Source: an uncultured virus (IMG/VR IMGVR_UViG_3300025098_000028) | Lineage: Duplodnaviria; Heunggongvirae; Uroviricota; Caudoviricetes | Reading direction: 5' to 3' (one strand) | DNA: 20,000 bases | IMG/VR virus record: IMGVR_UViG_3300025098_000028 | In this document: piece after piece, positions 7,248 to 15,412 of the stretch | How positions within the stretch are numbered: position 1 is the first letter of the stretch | Layout: every line of letters begins with the position of its first letter | Translations under genes and position numbers: made by a program | Notes under the pieces: generated by a model | Told to the model about the DNA's origin: nothing | The model's input: the letters and a program-made list of their open reading frames with translations, nothing else | The model's database searches: none

Positions 7248-7879
7248 ATATATTTGCATTATCAAAAGACCCAGTAGAATCAGCACAAGAGATGTTAGAT
7301 AAGCATGTAGTTAAGATGCCGACTGAAACTTGTCAAATGCTACACACAAATGCACTATTCAATGAATTCGTTGATAGATATGGCTATGAACCTTCTCTTA
7401 GAAGACTAAAAGAATACCACGAAGAAACAGATTCTATGCTAATGAAACCTGCTATGTTGAATCATCCTAGCACTATTTGGGCTAGACAGAATATTCATAA
7501 TACATTATGGTTGTATAATCATGGTATTGCTTTGTGCGGAGAATATACAGAAAGATATGATAAACAGCATGGAGCGTTTGAAAGAATGCTACAGACTCCT
7601 ATTGAGTTTGATGCTGATACTACATTAGCAACTCCTGTATCAATCGCCATGTTCGATGAGTATAGAATACCAAATGAATATGGTGAACATTGTTGGGATT
7701 ATGTAATTGATTCTTATAGGCATTATTACTTAGAAGGCAAATGGCAATTTGCTGAATGGCCGGAAGGTAAAATGCCAAATTGGTGGCCTAAGAACCACAG
7801 GGCAAAAAAATACAATGTAGGTGTTAGAGCATATAATGCTACTAATCCTAGATTCCCAAAAGTATTAATGGAGGAATAA
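7244..7879 (+). CDS. Pyrimidine-dimer DNA glycosylase / T4 endonuclease V-like family protein
   Basis: MNIFALSKDPVESAQEMLDKHVVKMPTETCQML, NHPSTIWAR, EYTERYDKQH, SYRHYY-x-x-x-K and a W-rich tail, typical of the viral Pyr_excise-like family. Confidence 0.8.
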   Translation: MNIFALSKDPVESAQEMLDKHVVKMPTETCQMLHTNALFNEFVDRYGYEPSLRRLKEYHEETDSMLMKPAMLNHPSTIWARQNIHNTLWLYNHGIALCGEYTERYDKQHGAFERMLQTPIEFDADTTLATPVSIAMFDEYRIPNEYGEHCWDYVIDSYRHYYLEGKWQFAEWPEGKMPNWWPKNHRAKKYNVGVRAYNATNPRFPKVLMEE

Positions 7880-7881
7880 AA

Positions 7882-8097
7882 ATGGATGAAGAAATATATA
7901 AAATAATAACAGATGCTTATGGAACTGTCTATGAACCTGCCCCTAGAGGGCAAATAGAATTGCATAAGAAACATGCAAGTGAGGGAATGGATATTGCCCT
8001 TTCTTATTTCAAGAAAAACCCAAGTGCAGAACATTTTAACTTGCTAAAAGTTGCTATGCTAACTTATCAGTATTGGGTTCATAAGAAGGTGATTTAA
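7882..8097 (+). CDS. Hypothetical protein
   Basis: 71 aa ORF with GGAGG SD. Confidence 0.7.
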   Translation: MDEEIYKIITDAYGTVYEPAPRGQIELHKKHASEGMDIALSYFKKNPSAEHFNLLKVAMLTYQYWVHKKVI

Positions 8098-8207
8098 TGA
8101 AAATAAAATATAGATGTTTAAATTGTAATAAAGTAATTAGTAAAGACAGACATTATTGCTACGGTTGTTTTACCGAAGCAGAAGATAAGGTGAATAAAAA
8201 TGAATGA
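8097..8207 (+). CDS. 36 aa zinc-finger microprotein (not in ORF track)
   Basis: MKIKYRCLNCNKVISKDRHYCYGCFTEAEDKVNKNE*; AGGTGA SD; TAATG coupling. Confidence 0.7.
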   Translation: MKIKYRCLNCNKVISKDRHYCYGCFTEAEDKVNKNE

Positions 8208-8517
8208 TTGTAAAATATGTAATGGAGCAGGTTTCTATAAACAAGCAAACCATAGATTAGAAATTCTAGAATGGGTTGAGTGTATAGAATGTATGCTAGA
8301 AGACCACTATAGAGAATCAATTGAATTTGATATACAGTTGCTACTATCTAAAACTAGTCCTCAAAAACTAGCACAAATTGTAGCACAACTATTAGTCAAT
8401 TCGATGGATATGGAAGGCCAAGAGAGCCTTCAAAGATTAGATGATATAGCACAAGGGAAAGATGTAATGAATCTCCTAGTGCTTGCAGAAACAACAGTAA
8501 ATGGAATAAAGAAGTGA
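8200..8517 (+). CDS. Protein with N-terminal CxxCxGxG...CxxC zinc finger
   Basis: CKICNGAG...CIEC; AGGTGA SD. Confidence 0.75.
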   Translation: MNDCKICNGAGFYKQANHRLEILEWVECIECMLEDHYRESIEFDIQLLLSKTSPQKLAQIVAQLLVNSMDMEGQESLQRLDDIAQGKDVMNLLVLAETTVNGIKK

Positions 8518-8521
8518 TAAC

Positions 8522-8767
8522 ATGATAACAGAAGAAAAGACACAAGTAGAGTTTAGAATTATAAACACAGAAGAAATGCCCCCTATTGTAATAACCCAAA
8601 GTGATAATGACAACCCTAAAGTGGTGTTGAATATTCATCACAAAATTTGGATTAGTCTACATAGGAAAGTGATAGCAGGTATTATTGAAAGCCTCCAAGA
8701 TAAATTGGATTCAATATTAACCTCTTATTTAGCAGAACAAAGAGCATTTGAAAAGATGGATGAGTGA
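8522..8767 (+). CDS. Hypothetical protein
   Basis: 81 aa ORF within the operon. Confidence 0.7.
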   Translation: MITEEKTQVEFRIINTEEMPPIVITQSDNDNPKVVLNIHHKIWISLHRKVIAGIIESLQDKLDSILTSYLAEQRAFEKMDE

Positions 8768-8772
8768 ACAAA

Positions 8773-8883
8773 ATGATAGGAAAAATATTAGAAAAAGTAG
8801 TAATAACAACGCTAGCAATAGGAACAGGAGCATTCATGCTCGGCTTTTTAGCCCAAAATGATGATTACGAGGATTTAGAATAG
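8773..8883 (+). CDS. 36 aa single-pass membrane peptide (not in ORF track)
   Basis: MIGKILEKVVITTLAIGTGAFMLGFLAQNDDYEDLE*. Confidence 0.55.
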   Translation: MIGKILEKVVITTLAIGTGAFMLGFLAQNDDYEDLE

Positions 8884-8897
8884 ACTCCTTTAAATAT
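8881..8897 (+). promoter_or_regulatory. Second copy of promoter TAGACTCCTTTAAATAT, upstream of the Ubl gene
   Basis: Identical to 3772-3788. Confidence 0.7.
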
Positions 8898-8936
8898 AGT
8901 ATGAAGAATGAATAGAATATAACGGAAAGTGATAAG

Positions 8937-9143
8937 ATGATTAGATTAAGAATTATGAACGAAACAGGCCATACAGAAGTAATGTTGAGTAGTGACAGCA
9001 TTATCGAACAAATTGACACACACCCAACCCATTGGTGTTTTATTGATGGGGAAATGGTAGCAAGAGAAGAAATTTCGAATGTTAATTGGGATGAAGTCCA
9101 AGCAGTAGACCTAACTCCTGCTATTGTTGGAGGATGCGAATAA
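8937..9143 (+). CDS. Ubiquitin-like beta-grasp protein (ThiS/MoaD/SAMP-like) with GG followed by a 2-residue extension
   Basis: 68 aa; FIDGEMV and VDLTPAIVGG-CE match the ThiS/MoaD C-terminal pattern; E1 and JAB genes lie downstream. Confidence 0.8.
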   Translation: MIRLRIMNETGHTEVMLSSDSIIEQIDTHPTHWCFIDGEMVAREEISNVNWDEVQAVDLTPAIVGGCE

Positions 9144-9171
9144 TTACTATTCAATAATACTTCATACTTAC

Positions 9172-9209
9172 GGAGGAGGGCTATTTTCTCCTATTAATAG
9201 TCCTTCTCC
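9172..9209 (+). terminator. 14-bp RNA stem after the Ubl gene
   Basis: GGAGGAGGGCUAUU/AAUAGUCCUUCUCC is fully paired with two G-U. Confidence 0.55.
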
Positions 9210-9227
9210 ACCTATTTAGGTGATATT

Positions 9228-9605
9228 TTGAGAGGCTTTGAATCGTATCAAGAGTTTTTGACTACGGTTCTAGTTTTCTCACAACATCTATCTATTGATT
9301 CCCTTGAAAAAATTAATGATGCTAGGGAATACATATCGAATAATAGATGGATGACAAAAAAGGAAAAATATAATTATTGGTGCAATACCATACATCTTTG
9401 TCTTTGGGAAATACCCCAAGCAATAGATATCGGATTCAACGCATATCTAAATGAGAAACTCTCTCATTATAGAGATGCCTTAAGATATCATGATGAAAAT
9501 TGTGATAACTACTATAACTGTAAAGTCTGTGAGTTAAAAACAGATATGATAAATAAAATGAGTGATTTAAATGACAAAAGAAAAAGACCCGAAGTATGTT
9601 CTTAA
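9228..9605 (+). CDS. Hypothetical protein with H/C cluster
   Basis: TTG start after AGGTGA; H-x3-C-x5-CxxC. Confidence 0.7.
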   Translation: MRGFESYQEFLTTVLVFSQHLSIDSLEKINDAREYISNNRWMTKKEKYNYWCNTIHLCLWEIPQAIDIGFNAYLNEKLSHYRDALRYHDENCDNYYNCKVCELKTDMINKMSDLNDKRKRPEVCS

Positions 9606-9735
9606 TAAAAGAAAGAACAAAACAGTGGCAACATGCTGTAGAGTGTGTGGAGGTCAGTTGATGACAGCACAAGATATAGCAAAGGAAATACACGAAGAGT
9701 GTGATAGAGATAATAATAAAATATACATGATGTGA
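9571..9735 (+). CDS. 54 aa zinc-finger protein (not in ORF track)
   Basis: MTKEKDPKYVLNKRKNKTVATCCRVCGGQLMTAQDIAKEIHEECDRDNNKIYMM*; CxxC...HxxC. Confidence 0.65.
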   Translation: MTKEKDPKYVLNKRKNKTVATCCRVCGGQLMTAQDIAKEIHEECDRDNNKIYMM

Positions 9736-9739
9736 TAAT

Positions 9740-10906
9740 ATGGAAAAAATGGAAATACAAATTAAGAAACCAAATGATAGTAATGAATATTATATAACAT
9801 CAGTTTCCTGTAATGAAGAACAAGGAGTCTATTTTCCCACTAGGAGAACTGTTGTCTATGATATGACACATAAAGACCCTGTTCATGCAGGTATTGTAAA
9901 ATTATGGAAAGAGATTCTAGGAACTAGAAGAAGTTATTTTCCTAGCGATAGAGACTATAGCATAATGATTATGATAAAATCTTGCCCTTTACTTATTGGT
10001 AGAAGCGGGAGTAGATTAAAACTTCAAGGGCAGTATGCTAGTCTTTCTACTATTGCCTCTATTTTAGCGAGGGTAACTTACAAATCTTGTTTTGAAGATG
10101 ACCCCGAAAAATTGATGTTAAGTGTTTATTCTACAATGAATTTACCCGAAGATGCTAGGTATTGTTTAGAAAACAGAATGCCATACCACTTTTACGAAGA
10201 CTTTGAAAAGATAGAAGTTAGATTAAACTGTCAGCAAATTAGTGATACAGAATTAGCCGTAGAAATAACTGATGGTGTTTGGGGAACTATGAAAATAAAA
10301 GATGTTACAGCATATTGTAGTTTCTACTTACATAAAAATGAAAGAGGTAAGAAATGGAAACGGCTCTCACCTAAGAAATTGTATACTGTTCTAGTTGGTA
10401 AGAAACCAACAGATTCCCAATTAAAAGTAATGGCCGCCTTTCTAAAACAGAATAGAATGGGCGATATTGTAGAAAAGAGAGCCATGCAATTAGTAGATGA
10501 TATGTTAGAACAACACCAAGAAAAACTAATACCGTTTTTCGATACAAATGGTGTTTTGAGAGATTTGGTTGTAAAAGGCAAACAACATGATTGGAGGCTT
10601 ACATACCGAGGTTCCGGAGACTATAGAAGAACGACAGGTAGACAAAATGTTTCTACCTATATTCTTCAAGAAGTAACTAGAGATGATGAATTAGTAAAAG
10701 AATGGAAAGGGCCGATATGTATAGATAACATGGCAGGAGGTTCTCCATTAGGCGACCAATATGCTGCTAGAGCATTAGCCCTAATGAATGATACTCATAC
10801 TATGAAAATAGTAAGCACAATTAGAAGTTACATTGTAAATGATAATAAAGATATAAGAGTGGATGAAAATGTATTGCGAAAATTGCGGGAAAGAGACTCC
10901 GAATGA
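9740..10906 (+). CDS. 388 aa protein; C-terminal region is a candidate E2/UBC-like domain
   Basis: The ORF is solid. GPICIDNMAGGSP (Cys327) resembles the E2 active-site G-x-ICLD-x-L-x(3-4)-SP, and the gene lies between Ubl and E1. Function is tentative. Confidence 0.5.
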   Translation: MEKMEIQIKKPNDSNEYYITSVSCNEEQGVYFPTRRTVVYDMTHKDPVHAGIVKLWKEILGTRRSYFPSDRDYSIMIMIKSCPLLIGRSGSRLKLQGQYASLSTIASILARVTYKSCFEDDPEKLMLSVYSTMNLPEDARYCLENRMPYHFYEDFEKIEVRLNCQQISDTELAVEITDGVWGTMKIKDVTAYCSFYLHKNERGKKWKRLSPKKLYTVLVGKKPTDSQLKVMAAFLKQNRMGDIVEKRAMQLVDDMLEQHQEKLIPFFDTNGVLRDLVVKGKQHDWRLTYRGSGDYRRTTGRQNVSTYILQEVTRDDELVKEWKGPICIDNMAGGSPLGDQYAARALALMNDTHTMKIVSTIRSYIVNDNKDIRVDENVLRKLRERDSE

Positions 10907-11738
10907 GTTTGATGAAAGACTAGGAGAACACACTTGTTTAGATTGTGGCCTTGTTTTAGTTACAGAAATATTTGAACAGACTGTTCATATTTTAGATAGT
11001 AGCGGAGAAGTAAGACATTCTATAGATAATAAATTAGGTTCAGTGAATGCCCCTAGTAAATTAAATAGACTAAACAATCGTTCTATTTATTCTAAGAGTA
11101 TTATCCAAGGATTGATTCATTGTAATATGGTTTTAGGCTCTATACAGCCCAACTCGCCACTAAAGGATAGAGTTGAAGAGTTTTACCTATACTGTAATAG
11201 AAAGGCAGTATTCGGTAAAACACAATACGAGGCTAGAGCAACCGCAGTAGTATATTATGTATTGAAAGAGAACGGAACTCCTCATCTATTGGCTGATGTA
11301 AATAGCGAATTTAATGCTAGGACAAAAACAGTAAAAAAACTATTGAGAAAGATGAATCAACTAAATAAAAACATGGTTAGTAGAAAACCTATCAATCCTC
11401 AATATCAATTAGAACAAGTATTAATGAAGATTAATGGTGGTTCTGTCTTCAATGAACAATGTTATGAAGTTTTAGAATATTTCGAAAGCGTTATTGTAAA
11501 TAGCGACTTTAACAAAGGGCGTTCCTATTACGCCTGTATTGCGTGGATAGCGGCCAACTGTAATGTTAGAAAAGACATACAACGGCAAATGATTTCTAAG
11601 AGAACGAAGTTTTCCGAATGGGTCATTTGGAACCAAACAAAAGCAATACTAAACCTAGTAGGAAAAGATAATGTAAACCAAATAAAAGGAAAGAAAATAA
11701 CAATGGTGATTAAGAATGATAAAAGAAGAATGGATTGA
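10863..11738 (+). CDS. tfb: Transcription initiation factor IIB (TFB) homolog
   Basis: N-terminal Zn ribbon CENCG...DERLGEHTCLDCGLV, then two cyclin-like repeats (EARATAVVYY; KGRSYYACIAWIAA...QMISKRTKFSEWVI). Confidence 0.85.
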   Translation: MKMYCENCGKETPNEFDERLGEHTCLDCGLVLVTEIFEQTVHILDSSGEVRHSIDNKLGSVNAPSKLNRLNNRSIYSKSIIQGLIHCNMVLGSIQPNSPLKDRVEEFYLYCNRKAVFGKTQYEARATAVVYYVLKENGTPHLLADVNSEFNARTKTVKKLLRKMNQLNKNMVSRKPINPQYQLEQVLMKINGGSVFNEQCYEVLEYFESVIVNSDFNKGRSYYACIAWIAANCNVRKDIQRQMISKRTKFSEWVIWNQTKAILNLVGKDNVNQIKGKKITMVIKNDKRRMD

Positions 11739-11913
11739 ATACTATGTGTATTTAGAAGAGTTAAGACAAAGTGGAGTAACCAATATGTTTGGTGCTACTC
11801 CATATTTGAGAGAAGAGTTTGGCTTAGGCCGAAGAGAGGCAATAAAGATTCTAGGTAGTTGGATGGATAACTATGCTGAATTGATAGAAAAAGGAATAAT
11901 TAGGAGAGAATAA
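11716..11913 (+). CDS. DUF5049-like small protein
   Basis: LRQSGVTNMF motif. Confidence 0.7.
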   Translation: MIKEEWIEYYVYLEELRQSGVTNMFGATPYLREEFGLGRREAIKILGSWMDNYAELIEKGIIRRE

Positions 11914-11915
11914 AA

Positions 11916-12476
11916 ATGAAAAGAAAAATATTAATAATCGGAGCAGGCGGTATCGGGAGTTTCTTGTTACCGCTTTTAGATAAAGTAGAATTGTATAACA
12001 TATCAGTAGCAGACCCCGATAAGGTAGAAAAGAAAAATCTACCATATCAAAACTTTAGTGCTGAGGATGTAGGAGAAAACAAAGCATCGGTTATGGGTAA
12101 TAGATACCGTAGTGTAATGGGTGGTTCTCAATATCCTATTCTTAGTGAAAAACAAATGCAAGGATATGATTTGGTTATTTGTTGTGTAGATAACTTATCA
12201 GTTAGAAGAACATTATACAACACAACCGTTAAATGGCTTGACCTTAGAGCGCAAGGTAGAAATGCCGCACTTGTGTCGCATAAAGCAGACCCAAAGATGT
12301 ATGATATGCTTTTAGCAGGTAAAGACGGTTCATTTAGTTGTCAAGGAGATTCATGGGATGGTTCAAACAAAGGAGTGCATTTTATGCAAGTTGCTATTGC
12401 AGGTTTGGGCGCACAATGGATTCAAAGATGGTTTAATGAAGAACAAGTACAAGAATATATGGTGGTGAACCTATGA
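11916..12476 (+). CDS. ThiF/MoeB/E1-family adenylyltransferase (minimal)
   Basis: IIGAGGIGS, DPDKVEKKNLPYQ, NKA, DLVICCVDN..R; candidate catalytic Cys in FSCQ. Confidence 0.9.
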   Translation: MKRKILIIGAGGIGSFLLPLLDKVELYNISVADPDKVEKKNLPYQNFSAEDVGENKASVMGNRYRSVMGGSQYPILSEKQMQGYDLVICCVDNLSVRRTLYNTTVKWLDLRAQGRNAALVSHKADPKMYDMLLAGKDGSFSCQGDSWDGSNKGVHFMQVAIAGLGAQWIQRWFNEEQVQEYMVVNL

Positions 12477-12775
12477 GTAAGAAATGGACAAGAGAAAAAG
12501 AAATGGATTTATTAGTTTATTTTTATGAACTAAGTATTGATGAAGCAAGAGAAAAATATGAAGCCTCCTATAAAACAATAGCAGGTAGATTAGAAAAACT
12601 ATTCGACGATGATTCCGAAGAAGGAATAGCATTGTTGTTAGAGGCTTCTGAGAGAGTGAGGCTGATTAAGAATGTGAACAACTTTGGAAAAGCAGACTTT
12701 ACTTATAAGCAAAAAAGATTAGCAAAAAAGATACATAAATTACAAAGAAAATTAGACAAACTAAGAGGTGAATAA
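12473..12775 (+). CDS. Hypothetical protein, possibly HTH/Myb-like with C-terminal coil
   Basis: KWTREKEMDL...SYKTIAGRL; ATGA overlap with the E1 stop. Confidence 0.65.
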   Translation: MSKKWTREKEMDLLVYFYELSIDEAREKYEASYKTIAGRLEKLFDDDSEEGIALLLEASERVRLIKNVNNFGKADFTYKQKRLAKKIHKLQRKLDKLRGE

Positions 12776-13397
12776 CATGGGAAGAATGAAAGATAAATAT
12801 TTTAATGAAATAAATAGTGATGATGATGGTAATGGTGAATTTGAAGACCAATCCGAATTGAATTATTGGAGAAAAATCGCTGAAAAGTATATTCATGATG
12901 CGTTTTTGACTGAAATGGAGTCGGTATGGAGTGGTTATGAAATTGAAGAGGGTGAGAATTTATCCGATATGGAATGTGCTAAAATAGTAATAAAAAGCAA
13001 GGCGTTCTTTAAGGCTATATGGCATGCCTCAACAGAAATATTACCTAAGTTAGAAGTCCAAGTAGTTTTAGACGGTAGCGCAAAAATATTTGTTACTACA
13101 GGTTCATCAGGTTATGTTGAATTTGGATTACAACCACCAATAGGACTAAAATTACCTATCAAGTGTTGGATTCATACTCATCCATTTGCTTCTGCCTATT
13201 TTAGTGGAACAGATTGGATGACCGTTGGTAATTGGAAATCACTGATGGAAGAAGCCTATGTATTGGGTGGCGTAGAACATTATGGCCATTGGGTCAATAC
13301 TAAGCCAAATAACTTGTTAATTAGATGGGTTGATAATAATGGTCTTGAAACATTTAAAGTGCAACAACAAAGACAAATAGAAGGTGAAGAAGAATGA
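12768..13397 (+). CDS. JAB/JAMM (MPN+) metallo-isopeptidase
   Basis: Exact E...HxHx7Sx2D motif: LEVQVV...WIHTHPFASAYFSGTD. Confidence 0.88.
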   Translation: MNNMGRMKDKYFNEINSDDDGNGEFEDQSELNYWRKIAEKYIHDAFLTEMESVWSGYEIEEGENLSDMECAKIVIKSKAFFKAIWHASTEILPKLEVQVVLDGSAKIFVTTGSSGYVEFGLQPPIGLKLPIKCWIHTHPFASAYFSGTDWMTVGNWKSLMEEAYVLGGVEHYGHWVNTKPNNLLIRWVDNNGLETFKVQQQRQIEGEEE

Positions 13398-13612
13398 AAG
13401 CAGTAGGAGATTATGCATGTATTGAAATTGAAAACACTATCACTAGTAGTGGCATTCAAGTAAAGAACGATGGTATTGGGGTTTGTTTATCCTGCCCATC
13501 TAAACCTGATTTGATAGATAAGCGAGTATTGTTTGACATAAATCAAAAGTTTTACGAATATGAATATATGATATTTATTGATAGTAAATTTATCATGGGG
13601 GTAATTGAATGA
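13394..13612 (+). CDS. groS: GroES-like co-chaperonin (short)
   Basis: MKAVGDY...TSSGI...RVLF...IMGVIE pattern; directly upstream of and coupled to GroEL. Confidence 0.7.
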   Translation: MKAVGDYACIEIENTITSSGIQVKNDGIGVCLSCPSKPDLIDKRVLFDINQKFYEYEYMIFIDSKFIMGVIE

Positions 13613-15105
13613 TATTGAATGGAGAAGAAGTTAAACAAAAATTATTGGAAGGAATTAATATAGTGGCAAATACTGTGAGTCCTACTTTGGGGCCACAAGC
13701 CAAAACTGTTATTTTACAAGGTAATCCTCCTATAATAATTAACGATGGTGTAACTATTACTAAGCACATTTCTAGTGATGACCCGTATGTTCAAATGGGA
13801 ATACAACTGGTTCAAAATCTAGCAAGTAAAGCACAAGAAGGTAGTGGTGATGGAACAACTACCGCTTGTATTCTTGCTCAAGCATTATGTCAAAATATGC
13901 CTATTGGTGGGGATTTGAAACCGCATCAATTTAATCTTCTAATAGAATATCTAAAAGAAGAGGCCATAGGTTATTTCAATGCTATTTCCACAAAGGTAGA
14001 AAATGAAGACATACTTAATGTTGCCACTATAGCGGCTAACAATGATGCTGAAATGGGTAAATTAATACAAGAGGCATTAAATGAAGTTGGTAGAGATGGC
14101 ATAGTTACCGTTGAAGAATCAAATAACTATCAAACTAATCTAGTTGTTAGAGAAGGAATGGAAATAACCGAGGGCTATCTAAGTCATTTAATGTGCAATA
14201 CTGATTCCGGTAGAGTAGAATATAATGACCCTCTAGTATTTATGTCAAATATTCCATTTAGAAACTTCAAGGATATTATTCCTCTTTTAGAATATTCTTC
14301 TGCTAAGTCTAAGCCTCTTGTTATTATGTGCAAAGGCATGGAAGGTTCAGCGTTGAATAACCTCATAATGAATTTAATTAACCAAACAGTACAGTGTGCT
14401 GTAGTATTAGCCCCTAATTTTGGAGATGCTCAAATAGATGAATTAGGAGATATTCAATCTTTAATTGGCGGTAGAGTTTTCAATCACGAAAGTAAAGATG
14501 ACCCTGCTTCTTTTACTGAACTAGATTTAGGAACCTGTAGTAAGTTGATAATTACTAAAGAAACTACAACCTTTATTGGTGGTGAAGGAGAAACAGAAGA
14601 AAGAATCAAATCTCTAAAGGGAGCATTAGAAGGAATGAAGGGTCACGATGCCGCTAGAATCAAAGCAAGAATTGCTAGACTAAAAGGCGGTGTAGCCACT
14701 ATTCAAGTCGGTGCTTCTTCATCTATTGAAATGAGGGAAAAGAAAGAAAGATTAGACGATGCTCTTAATGCTACAAAGGCCGCATTAGAAGAAGGCATTG
14801 TAGTCGGTGGCGGTATGCCATTTGTAAATTTCGCAAATGAATATAAAGAAAAGATACCGCATTGGTTTTATCAATCTTTATTACAGCCTTGTAGACAACT
14901 ACACTACAATAGCGGGCATCACCCTGTAGGAATAGAAGAATGGAAAGGTGAAACTGGATTTAATGCTCTAACAGATAGAGTGGATAATCTAGCAATAGCG
15001 GGAGTTTATGACCCTGTTAAAGTAACCAAAAATAGTTTCTTAGCGGCTATGTCAATTGCTCAATTGTTTTATACAACAGATGTAGCGGTATTGTTGGAGG
15101 AATGA
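13609..15105 (+). CDS. groL: Group I chaperonin GroEL
   Basis: TLGP, NDGVTI, GDGTTT, GRDGIVTVEES, APNFGD, GGVATIQVGA, EKKERLDDALNATKAALEEGIVVGGG, DPVKV. Confidence 0.96.
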   Translation: MILNGEEVKQKLLEGINIVANTVSPTLGPQAKTVILQGNPPIIINDGVTITKHISSDDPYVQMGIQLVQNLASKAQEGSGDGTTTACILAQALCQNMPIGGDLKPHQFNLLIEYLKEEAIGYFNAISTKVENEDILNVATIAANNDAEMGKLIQEALNEVGRDGIVTVEESNNYQTNLVVREGMEITEGYLSHLMCNTDSGRVEYNDPLVFMSNIPFRNFKDIIPLLEYSSAKSKPLVIMCKGMEGSALNNLIMNLINQTVQCAVVLAPNFGDAQIDELGDIQSLIGGRVFNHESKDDPASFTELDLGTCSKLIITKETTTFIGGEGETEERIKSLKGALEGMKGHDAARIKARIARLKGGVATIQVGASSSIEMREKKERLDDALNATKAALEEGIVVGGGMPFVNFANEYKEKIPHWFYQSLLQPCRQLHYNSGHHPVGIEEWKGETGFNALTDRVDNLAIAGVYDPVKVTKNSFLAAMSIAQLFYTTDVAVLLEE

Positions 15106-15200
15106 GAATGGAATGTCCTAACTGTGGTAGAGATATGTCTAAGTATTATGCTAGAAGGTATAATGAGTGTAAGATATGTTTAGAAGGTGAAAGTAAATGA
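15102..15200 (+). CDS. 32 aa zinc-finger microprotein (not in ORF track)
   Basis: MRMECPNCGRDMSKYYARRYNECKICLEGESK*; ATGA overlaps at both ends. Confidence 0.65.
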   Translation: MRMECPNCGRDMSKYYARRYNECKICLEGESK

Positions 15201-15412
15201 TAACAGCAGATGATTGGCAAGGGGAATATAGAGGAATAACATATGAAATATCCGCAGAAAATAAGGTTAGCAAACCTTTTCTAAAGATATTATTTTATGA
15301 AGGAGATGACCCTTCTTTTGACATAGAACATCATGGCTATTGCCATACTCTAAGACAAGCACATAAAATCGCTAAACAAATTATAGATGAAGAATTAGGT
15401 GATGAAGTTTGA
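15197..15412 (+). CDS. Hypothetical protein
   Basis: 71 aa ORF with AGGTGA SD. Confidence 0.7.
   Translation: MITADDWQGEYRGITYEISAENKVSKPFLKILFYEGDDPSFDIEHHGYCHTLRQAHKIAKQIIDEELGDEV

Noticed and set aside
8937..12476. Ordinary thiamine or molybdopterin biosynthesis (ThiS/ThiF) operon
   Set aside because: No ThiG, MoaE or cysteine desulfurase in the window and the context is viral. A sulfur-carrier role is disfavoured but not fully excluded.
13609..15105. Thermosome (group II chaperonin) call
   Set aside because: Motifs are group I (GroEL) and a GroES-like gene is adjacent.
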